Shown here in pieces: positions 1 to 9,501 of a stretch of 64,000 bases of DNA (position 1 is its first letter; each line of letters opens with the position of its first letter). The stretch comes from an uncultured Nocardioides sp. (GTDB taxonomy: Bacteria > Actinomycetota > Actinomycetes > Propionibacteriales > Nocardioidaceae): the NCBI GenBank assembly GCA_964396585.1, contig CAYNFY010000006.1, positions 223 to 64,222 on the forward strand, given 5' to 3'. The notes under the pieces are model-generated. The model made no database searches and was not told the origin of the DNA. It saw nothing but the letters and a program-made list of their open reading frames with translations. The position numbers were made by a program, and so were the translations under genes.

Positions 1-645
1 CGTGCCTTCCGCGCCTCGAGACGCGGTTTCGCCGCGTACTCCACAACGAGCGTGGTTGCCAGGGCGACCAATACGGGCGTTGCAAGACTGTGCCAGATGA
101 ATTGGTCCACGCGGCCAACGCTGAGGGCTCGCGAGGCCTCCTGTGTGCAATCCTCCCACGGGCCCGGCAAATGACTGCCCCGTACCACCGCGTCTGCCCC
201 TCGGGTTCCACCCAGCCCGGGCCTCACTGGTCGACGCGGAACGCCCAGCGAATCTGATTGGGAAGAGCCCACTGCGCCGCTCCGACGCAGCCTTGAAGCC
301 TTCCTTGGAGCAGCCGTTGACCACGAAGGTGGGGAGGAGATTCACAAGACCACCTGCCCACAGTTCGGTTCGCCCCTCGTCAGACCTGCCCACATACCCC
401 GTCGCCGTTGCACCCCTTGACCTGATGGCTTCCATGTCACCTCACAACCGTCAGGACTGTTGGACATCGCCGGCTGTCTTGAGCCCCGAAGATCCCGCCC
501 GGAATCCCCCTGTCTGAGCCGCCCAAGGCCTCCCAATTCGTCGGCACACATGCGACGAAGGACAGTGACGGATCGCCCCACTTCGGGGTGCTCCTCACGG
601 CATTTTCAGGGGTCCGTTGGTTGCCGACGGACGTCGTTGAGGGCG

Positions 646-3271
646 GTGATCGGCGTGCATGGCGGGGTGAAATTCTACCGCGGAGCCGCCAAGGCTGCCC
701 GGGCCTACGTTGAGCGTGATCGGTCGCGAGCCGACGACTACTACCTGAGTGAAGGCGCCGGCGTCGCCGAGCGGTTCGTCGCGACCCCGACCGGTATCAC
801 AAGGGCCGGCTCGATGGATGGCGACTCCTACGAAAAGTGGGTCGCGGGACTCGACCTCGAGACCGGCCGCAAGAAGGGTCGGGTCCGCGACGACGCGAAG
901 GCGCTGCGGTTCGTGGAGGTCACCGTCAACGGATCGAAGACCTGGTCACTGGCCGCAGCCTTGCACCCCGACGTCTCGGCCGCTCTGAACGAAGCCCAGG
1001 ACAAGGCTGCCGCCGAGATCATCAACTGGTGGGCCCAGCACGCGGCCACTCGGGTCGGGCCGCGGGGACGCCAGGTACGGGTGCCGGTGGAACAGATCGA
1101 GGCCGCAGTGATCCGGCACTACACCTCACGGGCAGGTGACCCGCACCGGCATCTGCATCTCCAGGTCAACGCCCGGGTGTTCGCCGCCGGCGGCTGGCGG
1201 GGCCTGCATTCGGTGGGGGTGCGCGACATGATCGAGGCGATCAATGGCATCGGGCACGCCGCGGTGGCCACCAACCCGGAGTTCCGTGCCGTGTTGGCTG
1301 CGCACGGGTTCACCTTAGATCCCCGAGACTCAAGAGATCGCACAACTGGCCCCGTACGTGGGAGCGTTCAGCGCCCGGACCAGCCAGATCCACCACAACA
1401 TCGACCGATACGAAGCCGAGTGGCGCCGCGAGCACCCCGGCGACGAACCGGGTCCGCGGCTGCGGGAGGTGTGGGACCGGCGGGCATGGGCCGAGGCACG
1501 ACCGGACAAGGTCGTCCCCGCTAACGGCGCTGACCTGATCGCACGGTGGAACGCCGAACTGCGGAACCTGGGCTACCGCGACCCGCGGTCGCCCGTCGCG
1601 CTGGACGCAACGCCAGTCGCGTGGATCGATCGGGACAAGGCTGCCGACTGGGTCATCTCCCAGCTCGGGGCAAAACGGTCGGCGTGGAACGCCGCCGACA
1701 TCCGCGGCAAGGTCGAGGTGTTGTTGGCGCAGTCCAACCTGGTCGCAGTGCCCGCCGCCCGGATCGAGCTGGCCGAGGACATCACCGCCCGCGCCGCCGG
1801 ACGTTGCGCGCGGCTGCTCACGTCGTCGGAGGCTCCGGAACATGTCCGGTGGTTGACGTCTCCACGCGTCCTCGATGTGGACGCGGACCTGATTCAGCGC
1901 CTCGCGCGCCGTGCCACACAGCCCGCTCTGCGGGCCCGGGTGGCCGGGCGAGGTCTGGCCCGGATCGACCAGACCCAAGCAGCCGTCGTCGGCCTCTTGG
2001 CCGGAGACGGGCCACTCGTGGTGGTGGAAGGAGCCGCGGGCGCCGGGAAGACCACCGCCTTGCGGGCGACGCGAGAAGTCCTGGCGTTGCAACGTCACCG
2101 TCTGATGGTGGTGACCCCGACGCTGAAGGCCGCCGAGGTAGCCGCCGCAGAGACCGGTGCGGACGGGCACTCCGCGGCCTGGCTGATCCACCAGCACGGC
2201 TGGAGGTGGGACGCCGACGGGCACTGGACGCGGAAACCAGCGGCGGAGCCGGTGGCGAGTGCACGGTTGGGTCGCGGCGACCTGCTGGTGGTCGACGAGG
2301 CGGGGATGCTCGACCAGGACACAGCCCTCGCCCTACTGACCCTCGCCGACGAGACCGGAGCACGAGTGGCGCTGATGGGCGATCGACATCAGCTCCCTGC
2401 GGTGGGTCGCGGTGGGCTGCTGGACCACGCGGTCGCGTGGGCGCACCTGACCGCGGTCGTGGCCCTGGAGAAGGTGCATCGCTTCGCTGACCCTGACTAC
2501 GCGGCGATCAGCCTGAAGATGCGCACCGGAGACGATCCCGCAACGGTCTTCGAGACGCTGCACCGCCGCGGACAGATCGTGATCCACCCCAGCGAAGTCG
2601 AACGCGAAGCCGCACTTGCAGACGTCGGTGCCACCGGAGTGCTCGTGCTGGCCGACACCCGCGAGCAGGCCGCCAGCCTGAACGCCGCCATCCGCGACCA
2701 CCGACAAGGGAAACCCGAAGCCGAGGCAGTCCTGGTGACCGCCCGCGGTGAACAGATCGGACTCGGCGACCGGGTCGCCACCCGCCACAAAGACGCCGGC
2801 CTCGGCGTGGCCAACCGGCAGACGTGGACCGTCTCCGGAATCGGTGACGACGGGAGCCTCATCCTGCACGGCGGAGGCCGCGATCGGACGGTCCCCGCTC
2901 ACTACGCGGCACGGTTCGTGGAGCTGGTCTACGCCACCACGGTCCACGGAGCTCAAGGTGAAACGGTTGATCGCGCGCACGTAACCATCAGCGAGACCAC
3001 CGGAGCAGCGGCCGCCTACGTCGCGATGACCCGTGGCCGCCACGAGAACGTCGCCCACCTCGTGGCCGAAACCGTGGATGACGCCAAGGCACAGTGGGCA
3101 GCCGTCTTCAACCGTGACCGGGCCGACCTCGGGCCCGCCCACGCCAAGCGGCAGGCCATCGACGCCGTTGACCGGTATGGCAGCCAGCGCCGCCGTGCAG
3201 CGCTGGACGAGTTTCGGCGGCGCCAGACGCCCACGGAGGGTGCTCGCGAGCGCCAAGGACTCGGGTTCTGA
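646..3271 (+). pseudogene. MOBF-family conjugative relaxase fused to a RecD/TraA-like helicase (TrwC/TraA-like), reading frame broken once
   Basis: ORF 460-1524 carries the TrwC-type relaxase motif RHYTSRAGDPHRHLHLQVN. ORF 1358-3271 (other frame) carries Walker A GAAGAGKTT, Walker B LLVVDEAGML and the helicase C-terminal motif TVHGAQGETVD. The frames join as ...AAHGFTLDP|ETQEIAQLAPYVGAF if one C is removed from the CCCC run at 1321-1324. GTG 646 (VIGVHGGVKFYRG) is taken as the start. Confidence 0.8.
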
Positions 3272-3366
3272 TCATGAGGCTTTCGGCGCCCGCGCATCAC
3301 CCGGCTGACGAAACGGAGCTTCCTCGTCACCGTGGCCTGACGACGTGCGTCTCCCCCACATTCGGT

Positions 3367-3584
3367 GTGCGCCCGTCCTGCCGATGGGGTGCGCCCGTCC
3401 TGGCGTCCGAGTTCGCGCGGCGATCTCTCCTTGCCCGATTCAGCGCCAAAACAGGCCGGGGCAAGCCCTCCTCCAAACTTTTTTCAACTTTCGGAGGGGC
3501 GATGCCTCGCAAGCCCCTGACCAGCAGAAACGTCTGCGCCCGTCCTGCGCCCCTCCCAGGACGGGCGATGCCAGGACGGGCGCA
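3367..3584. repeat. Iteron-like array of a 13-14 nt motif (TGCGCCCGTCCTG), three direct and two inverted copies, flanking an AT-rich tract
   Basis: GTGCGCCCGTCCTG at 3367-3380 and 3389-3402 (22-bp phasing). TGCGCCCGTCCTG at 3535-3547. Reverse-complement copies CAGGACGGGCG at 3557-3567 and CAGGACGGGCGCA at 3572-3584. AT-rich tract about 3470-3492. An extra 9-mer GTGCGTTGC occurs at 3590-3598 and 3627-3635. Confidence 0.75.
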
Positions 3585-3677
3585 AATTGGTGCGTTGCCT
3601 GAGGACACTGGAAACCAACGGCATCCGTGCGTTGCACCCGGGTTCCGGATCAGTCCACCACCTGAAGGGGAAATCCA

Positions 3678-3902
3678 ATGACGTTCGCACTCGAAACCGA
3701 CCCTCACCACGAACACGACGAGATGCTCAGCCTCCAGGAGGCGTGCGCCCTCCTCCGCGTTCCCGAGGGAACCCGCCGCTACTGGCACCACCTCGGTTGC
3801 GGCCCCCGCAGCTTCAAGATCGGTCGCCACGTCCGGTATTGGCGAGCAGACGTCGTCCTCTGGCTCGCCGAGCAGGCCAGCCGTCCCCAGAACCATCGCT
3901 GA
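3678..3902 (+). CDS. xis: Excisionase / MerR-AlpA-type helix-turn-helix DNA-binding protein
   Basis: 74 aa, LSLQEACALLRVPEGTRRYWHHLGCGPRSFKIGRHVRYWRADVVLWL is typical of excisionase-family HTH proteins. It lies directly upstream of the integrase. RBS-like GAAGGGGA precedes the ATG. Confidence 0.8.
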   Translation: MTFALETDPHHEHDEMLSLQEACALLRVPEGTRRYWHHLGCGPRSFKIGRHVRYWRADVVLWLAEQASRPQNHR

Positions 3903-3960
3903 ACCTGCCGGCTGTCGGACCCCAGAGAGACGATCGAGAGGCCCAGGAAGGAGCAACACC

Positions 3961-5130
3961 ATGGCGGGAAGCATCGCCAAACGCCCCCACGGCAAGTGGA
4001 GGGGGCGGTACCGCGACGAGTCCGGCAAAAAACACTCGCGGCAATTCGAGCGCAAGATCGATGCCCAACTGTGGCTGGACCAGGTGACCACCACGGTGGT
4101 GACCGGAACCTACGCCGACCCGCAGGCGGGTCGCATCACGTTCGCCGCGTTCTTCGCTGACTGGTCGGCACGTCAGGTGTGGGCGCCGGGAACCGTCCGG
4201 GCGATGGCGTTGGCGGCCAAGTCAACCCCGTTCGTCGAGAGACCGATCAAGCAGGTGCGTCGATCCGACATCGAGCTCTGGATCAAGCAGATGCACGACT
4301 CGGGACTCGCCCCGGGCACGATCAAGACCCGCTACGTCAACGTCAGATCGGTGTTCCGAGCGGCAGTGAAGGACCGAGTGATCGGCACCGACCCCACCGA
4401 CGCCATCCGCCTCCCCCGAGGCCGACGAGCTGACGTCGCGATGTCGATCCCCACCCCCGAGGAGGTCGGCCGGCTGATGGCCGTGGCCGACGAACGCTTC
4501 CGAGCGTTCATCGCACTGTGCGCGTTCGCTGGTCTGCGGCTGGGCGAGGCCTCCGGGATGCAGCTCGGGGACGTCAACTTCCTGCGCAAGACACTCTTCG
4601 TCTCCCGTCAGGTCCAGCGTGGCGTGGCCGGAGCCGTTCTGCTCCGCGCACCCAAGTACGGATCTGAGCGGGTCGTCTACCTGGCCGACAGCCTGGTGAA
4701 TCTCCTTGCGGAGCACGTCACCCGCAACGGCACCATCGGTAAGGAGCAATGGCTGTTCACGGGCGACGGCGACAACCGGCCCCACCAGAACACCGTGGGC
4801 TACCGGTGGCGCAAGGCCCTCCGAGACGCCGGCCTCGGCCCAGTCAAGCTCCACGATCTGCGCCACTTCTACGCCTCCGGCCTCATCGCCGCCGGCTGCG
4901 ACGTCGTGACCGTCCAGCGCTCCCTGGGCCAGGCCAAGGCGACCACCACCCTCAACACCTACGCCCATCTCTGGCCGACCGCCGAGGACCGCACCAGAAA
5001 GGCTGCGGAGTCGATCATCGAGGCCGCGCTGGGCACCGTTACCGAGTCCGGGCGGGAAGCACACGAAGGAACCTGGCCACAGCGGGCCGGACGACGGTCC
5101 TGCAAGCAAGTCTCTAGCAGTCCCCTATGA
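3961..5130 (+). CDS. int: Tyrosine recombinase / phage-type integrase
   Basis: 389 aa. N-terminal SAM-like arm, GLRLGEA (catalytic Arg box I), HDLRHFYAS (box II HxxR) and LNTYAHLW (catalytic Tyr). Confidence 0.93.
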   Translation: MAGSIAKRPHGKWRGRYRDESGKKHSRQFERKIDAQLWLDQVTTTVVTGTYADPQAGRITFAAFFADWSARQVWAPGTVRAMALAAKSTPFVERPIKQVRRSDIELWIKQMHDSGLAPGTIKTRYVNVRSVFRAAVKDRVIGTDPTDAIRLPRGRRADVAMSIPTPEEVGRLMAVADERFRAFIALCAFAGLRLGEASGMQLGDVNFLRKTLFVSRQVQRGVAGAVLLRAPKYGSERVVYLADSLVNLLAEHVTRNGTIGKEQWLFTGDGDNRPHQNTVGYRWRKALRDAGLGPVKLHDLRHFYASGLIAAGCDVVTVQRSLGQAKATTTLNTYAHLWPTAEDRTRKAAESIIEAALGTVTESGREAHEGTWPQRAGRRSCKQVSSSPL

Positions 5131-5346
5131 CGCGGGCGCGCCATTCTGCACGGGCCCTACGCAGCCACCGCCTCATTCTCGATCAGCCTGAACTGATCGC
5201 AATCCGAAGCTGCGCCAGGGTCTCGGCGATGGTCGGTCGGTAGCCAGCTCCCCGTGCGCATATGGGCCATCGTCCCTACGAAGGGCCGGGGCGTCGATAG
5301 GCTTCGAGGCGAAATCAGCGAACCATTCGTCCTTGAAAGGACCACC

Positions 5347-7440
5347 GTGCACCTTGGGAAACTGAGACTCCGGAACTTCCGTTCCTGCGAGGACACCACG
5401 CTTGAGTTGAATCCAGCGCTGACCGTTCTTGTTGGGGAGAACGCATCTGGCAAGAGTTCGCTGATCGATGCGATGCGCCTGTGCACAGGGCCGGCGAGTG
5501 GCCGCCAGAGTGCTTGGTTCGACGCCAACCGCGATCTCACCCGAGACGTCCCCCTTGGACATGCCGTCGAGATCGAAGCAAGATACTGCGGCTTGAGCGA
5601 CACCGAGTCAGCAATCTATCTCGCACAGATCGTTGACGCGCACGGTGAACTTGTCTATTGCGCATCCTTTGCCACCGACCCTCGCGTATCTCGCCGCAAT
5701 GTCCTGACCTGGACGGTGGGCGATGTCCGAGTCGAAGACGCCGAGCCGGCCAACCGCCGCCGCATCAGCCATGTCTATCTACCGCCGCTGCGGGACGCTG
5801 TTCGGGACATCGACGGTGGTGAAGGCAACCAGTTACACGACGTCATCCGGATCCTGCTCAACGGCGACCAAGCCCTGCACGACGCATTCGTAGAAACCGC
5901 CAACTCTGCGCTACAGACGATCGCTGAACACCCAGTCGCGAAGGACACACAAGCGACGATTCAGCAATACTTCGGGCAGACCACTCCCCCGAACCGTGAG
6001 CATCTGCTTGAGGTGAACCGCCGCCAAGTGGAACTGCGGCGAATCGCGCGGCTACTTCACCTTCAACTCGCGGAGGCTGGAGTCCCCATCGGGGACATCG
6101 CCACGACAGGGCTCGGCTACGCAAACCTTCTCTACATAGCCATGGTCGTGCTCGAACTCGTGAAAGCTCGCGACAGCGACTTGACGCTGCTCCTCGTCGA
6201 GGAGCCCGAAGCTCACTTGCACCCCCAACTCCAGTTGGTGCTGCTGGAGTTTCTCCGGGATCAAGCCGAAAACAGCGGCTCCGGCAACAGCGACCTGACC
6301 CCAACAGGTCGGGTTCAAGTGATCGTGACCAGCCACTCTCCCAACTTGGCAAGCGCGGTATCCATCAAGAACATCGTCGCCCTCGCGCGAACCTCCGTTT
6401 CTGGATCGCCCGGCGAGGCAATCACTGCTGCGCTCGACCAAGCCCCGTTCGAATCCCAGCGCATGAGCCCCCTCGCCCCCGGGCCTGCTCCGGACACAAG
6501 CAACGTCGTGGGCTGGCGCACTCAAACCACAGCGTTATCGTCCCTCGGGCTCTCCGAGGAGGTCATGCGCAAACTTGACCGATACTTAAGCGTGACTAGA
6601 GCAGGGTTGTTGTTCGCTCGTAACGTGATCCTTGTGGAGGGAACCGCAGAGATGGTGCTCGTCCCAGCGCTTGCCAAGCTTCACCTCGCTCCGGAAACTC
6701 CCGACTCAGCCGATTTGGCTCTCGCGTCGGCGCGCAAGCGCATGTTTTACAGCGCGAGTCTCATTAGCGTCGAAGGCGTCGACTTCGAACCGTTTCTTCA
6801 TCTGTTGCTGGCTGGATCCCATCCACGTGTTGACCAGGTTGTGGTGATCACAGATGGCGACAACGGCGCTGGGGAAGCCCGGCGAACAGCCTACGAAAAC
6901 GCATTCCCGGACGCAGTCTCCTCCGGGCGACTCCAAGTGTCCGTCGGGTCTACAACCCTTGAGGCAGAGTTGTTTTCCGAAGCCGTTAACGAGGAGCTCT
7001 TGAGGGCCGCGTTTCTGGTGCTTCACCCGAGGTCCACTGACAATTGGGAGAAGGTTTCGAAAGCCGCCCACGGGACGGACCGAGAGGAGCGAGCCCTCGT
7101 CTTTGCTGAGGCGATCCGCAAGAAAAAGCGAAAGAATACGCCACAAGCGGAGGTCAGCGACGAGGAAGGCGCACTTGCCGGCGGGACGACAGGAACCATT
7201 GAGAAAGGCCGACCAGAGGCCGAAGCTGAAAATCCCCGTCTCGATATCTCCAAGGGCGACTTCGCACACCTCGTTGCTGAAGCGATCATCGCCCCCACGC
7301 GCCAGCAAGAATTCGTCATCCCCGACTACATTAGGAATGCAATCGATGCGATCGTAAGAGACGCAGGAACTCGTCGGAACGTAGGCATAGTCGCCGCATC
7401 CAAGGTGCCCGAATCCCAACCCGAAAGCCACCAGCCATGA
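5347..7440 (+). CDS. gajA: OLD-family ATP-dependent nuclease (ABC-type ATPase + Toprim), GajA-like
   Basis: Walker A VGENASGKSS, Walker B/D-loop LLLVEEPEAHLHPQ, H-loop VTSHSP, then Toprim ILVEGTAEMVL ... VVVITDGDNG. GTG 5347 (VHLGKLRLRNFRS) with GAAAGG 6-11 nt upstream is preferred over the ORF-track start 5254. The stop overlaps the next start (ATGA at 7437-7440). Confidence 0.85.
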   Translation: MHLGKLRLRNFRSCEDTTLELNPALTVLVGENASGKSSLIDAMRLCTGPASGRQSAWFDANRDLTRDVPLGHAVEIEARYCGLSDTESAIYLAQIVDAHGELVYCASFATDPRVSRRNVLTWTVGDVRVEDAEPANRRRISHVYLPPLRDAVRDIDGGEGNQLHDVIRILLNGDQALHDAFVETANSALQTIAEHPVAKDTQATIQQYFGQTTPPNREHLLEVNRRQVELRRIARLLHLQLAEAGVPIGDIATTGLGYANLLYIAMVVLELVKARDSDLTLLLVEEPEAHLHPQLQLVLLEFLRDQAENSGSGNSDLTPTGRVQVIVTSHSPNLASAVSIKNIVALARTSVSGSPGEAITAALDQAPFESQRMSPLAPGPAPDTSNVVGWRTQTTALSSLGLSEEVMRKLDRYLSVTRAGLLFARNVILVEGTAEMVLVPALAKLHLAPETPDSADLALASARKRMFYSASLISVEGVDFEPFLHLLLAGSHPRVDQVVVITDGDNGAGEARRTAYENAFPDAVSSGRLQVSVGSTTLEAELFSEAVNEELLRAAFLVLHPRSTDNWEKVSKAAHGTDREERALVFAEAIRKKKRKNTPQAEVSDEEGALAGGTTGTIEKGRPEAEAENPRLDISKGDFAHLVAEAIIAPTRQQEFVIPDYIRNAIDAIVRDAGTRRNVGIVAASKVPESQPESHQP

Positions 7441-9215
7441 CATCAGCCGCAGCAAGCGGTCCACCGCTGAGCATGGAGCAGCACAATGCCGTCCGCCCCG
7501 AGATCCGCCATATCGAGGCAGGGCCAGGCGCCGGCAAGACGAAGACCATGGTCGCGAGGTTCCGAGCAGAGTCTGGACCTGACGGAGGTGTAGCGCTCCT
7601 GTCTTTCACCAACGCAGCCGTCAACGTCGCACGCAGCCGATGCCTCGACGATCCAGGACTTCTTGACAGCCCCAACTTCGTTGGAACCTTCGACAGCTTC
7701 TTTCACCGCTATGCCGTGACCCCTGCGATGCTAAGAACCACAGGGACGTCCCCCCGCTACAAGATTTCTTGGGACGACCTGCCCGACCATCTTCGCATCG
7801 TACGCCAAGGTTCGGGCTCGGGCCTTCGGCTTTCCCTTTGGACACTGCGATCCGGGAATTCGTACTACCTCGACGAGTCACGCCTCAACCACGATGAACG
7901 TAGGTATTGGAACAATCTGGATCTCGCCGAGTGGACGCGTGAGCAGATTCGAGCAAAGGGCACCGCCCGAATCTCCGCGCTTCATCAGCGCCGGGTCTAC
8001 GACACGCTAGAGGCTAGGAGGCTAGCGATTCGAGCGCTCGTCAATCCGAATCTCGGGCTGCTCTCGACGCTGGCCAGGCGATTCAAGGAAGTGATCGTTG
8101 ATGAGTTTCAAGACTGCGACAACCTCGAGCACCAGCTTCTCGATCTGATGTCGGGGGCCGGCATTCGCACAATCACGGTTGCCGATCCCGACCAAGCGAT
8201 TTATGAGTTCCGCCAGACCACCGACAATACCTATCGACAATATGTAAGCAAACTCGACTCGACTCGGATCGCTTACCTCAGCACTTGCTACCGATCAACA
8301 CCCGCGATCTGTGGACTAGTGACAAGCCTTCGACAGGCTTCGGCAGCGAGTATCGAATCGCACGAACCCGCCGACACCCAGTGCCCACCAGTTCATGTCA
8401 TCGTTGGGTCGGGCGCAGCAGCCGGTGCAGCCGCAGCCCGGGTTCTAGCCAGCCACGACATCCCGCCCGCTGGCACCCGCTTCCTTGCCCATAAGAAGAA
8501 GGACGCTCGAGCGCTTGCCAGAACACGAACCAACGCCATCAAAGGCGAAGCAGCGATACCGAAGGTCTTGGCAGCAATTGCCGAGGTACGAAGCGGCGCG
8601 GACTCGCGCGCCCGCCACAGCTCTATCACGCGAATCGAGAAGGTCATTCTCGGCCTCTTCGCGTGGACTGATGATGAAGCCCCCGAAACCCGGCAAGGAC
8701 AGTTGGAGGAACTCGGACTGACGAACACGGAGTTGCGAATTCTCGCAAGCAAGATCGTGTCAGCCGCTCCAGGTTGGACTAGCCGCGAGGCGTGCGGAAC
8801 GTCGATCCGCGCCATCGTTGAAGACGGCGCAAGGACAGCTAACCTGCCTTTAGTTAAGAACCTCGGTCGAAGACTCGCCAAGCCCAAGACGGAGGTATGG
8901 AGTGCGTGGGCCTCGCGAAGTGAGGACGTCCTCGTCTCGGAGATTTCCGCAATCAAATGGACACACGTCCACGCAGTCAAGGGCGACGAGTTCGATGCGG
9001 TCATCTACGCCCTCCCATCCCAAACAGTTGACGGCAGACACGTGCTAGACGATTGGGAACAAGGTGTAGACACCGAAGCTCGGCGAGTCCTCTACGTGGG
9101 TGTGAGCCGAGCACAGCGTGTCGTCGTCTTGGTCGTGCCACCCGGGCGGAAGGATCAGCTGACGGCCATCCTCGAGCGCGACGACGTCCGCTTCGCGATC
9201 CAGTTCGCTTCGTAG
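7437..9215 (+). CDS. gajB: UvrD/PcrA-like SF1 helicase, GajB-like
   Basis: GPGAGKTKT (motif I), VIVDEFQDCDN (motif II), LSTCYRS, HAVKGDEFDAVIY, LYVGVSRAQRVVVLV (motif VI). Translationally coupled to the OLD nuclease gene. Confidence 0.85.
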   Translation: MTSAAASGPPLSMEQHNAVRPEIRHIEAGPGAGKTKTMVARFRAESGPDGGVALLSFTNAAVNVARSRCLDDPGLLDSPNFVGTFDSFFHRYAVTPAMLRTTGTSPRYKISWDDLPDHLRIVRQGSGSGLRLSLWTLRSGNSYYLDESRLNHDERRYWNNLDLAEWTREQIRAKGTARISALHQRRVYDTLEARRLAIRALVNPNLGLLSTLARRFKEVIVDEFQDCDNLEHQLLDLMSGAGIRTITVADPDQAIYEFRQTTDNTYRQYVSKLDSTRIAYLSTCYRSTPAICGLVTSLRQASAASIESHEPADTQCPPVHVIVGSGAAAGAAAARVLASHDIPPAGTRFLAHKKKDARALARTRTNAIKGEAAIPKVLAAIAEVRSGADSRARHSSITRIEKVILGLFAWTDDEAPETRQGQLEELGLTNTELRILASKIVSAAPGWTSREACGTSIRAIVEDGARTANLPLVKNLGRRLAKPKTEVWSAWASRSEDVLVSEISAIKWTHVHAVKGDEFDAVIYALPSQTVDGRHVLDDWEQGVDTEARRVLYVGVSRAQRVVVLVVPPGRKDQLTAILERDDVRFAIQFAS

Positions 9216-9261
9216 ACCTTGATCTTGACTTCCACAGTCACGTGGGAAGCTTCGGGGCATG

Positions 9262-9283
9262 GCAGGCAACGCAAGTTGCCTGC
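9262..9283 (+). terminator. Stem-loop downstream of the helicase gene (9-bp stem, GCAA tetraloop)
   Basis: GCAGGCAAC-GCAA-GTTGCCTGC, 47 nt after the stop. There is no clear U-tract, so terminator function is uncertain. Confidence 0.4.
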
Positions 9284-9501
9284 TTGAGAGCGCGCAAGTT
9301 CTTGAGTTTAGTGTCCGCTGCCGGCGATCGCTGACTGCTGACCCGCCGCATTCCGCCCGCCTTGACTCGGTTGCGTTGCTGTCCGCATCGGACGCGAACG
9401 CTCGCATTCGGGGAGTGTCTAATAGCCGCGTAGCGTGCGCTCGCAGCCGTGTCCATCCGCAGCGATTGCATAGCTGGCTCTTGCAGCTGAGCGGTTGACG
9501 G

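Noticed and set aside
1-140. Minus-strand reading frame open to the left window edge (…VDQFIWHSLATPVLVALATTLVVEYAAKPRLEARKA…). It looks like the N-terminus of a small membrane protein whose architecture resembles the orphan at 20542-21021.
   Set aside because: Too short and truncated by the window edge. No convincing start codon/RBS combination was found, so it is not called as a feature.
1321-1324. Programmed ribosomal frameshift in the relaxase gene.
   Set aside because: There is no slippery heptamer or downstream stimulatory structure. A simple C4 homopolymer is more consistent with mutation or assembly error.
5157-5603. Minus-strand ORFs 5157-5603 and 5173-5562 overlapping the start of the OLD nuclease gene.
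   Set aside because: They are antisense to a strongly supported gene, have no recognisable motifs, and their composition is typical of off-frame translation.
9216-9501. 285-nt non-coding spacer between the convergent helicase gene and the orphan, considered as a possible ncRNA or att site.
   Set aside because: Only one short GNRA-loop hairpin (9262-9283) was seen. There are no repeats matching other parts of the window, so the evidence is insufficient.
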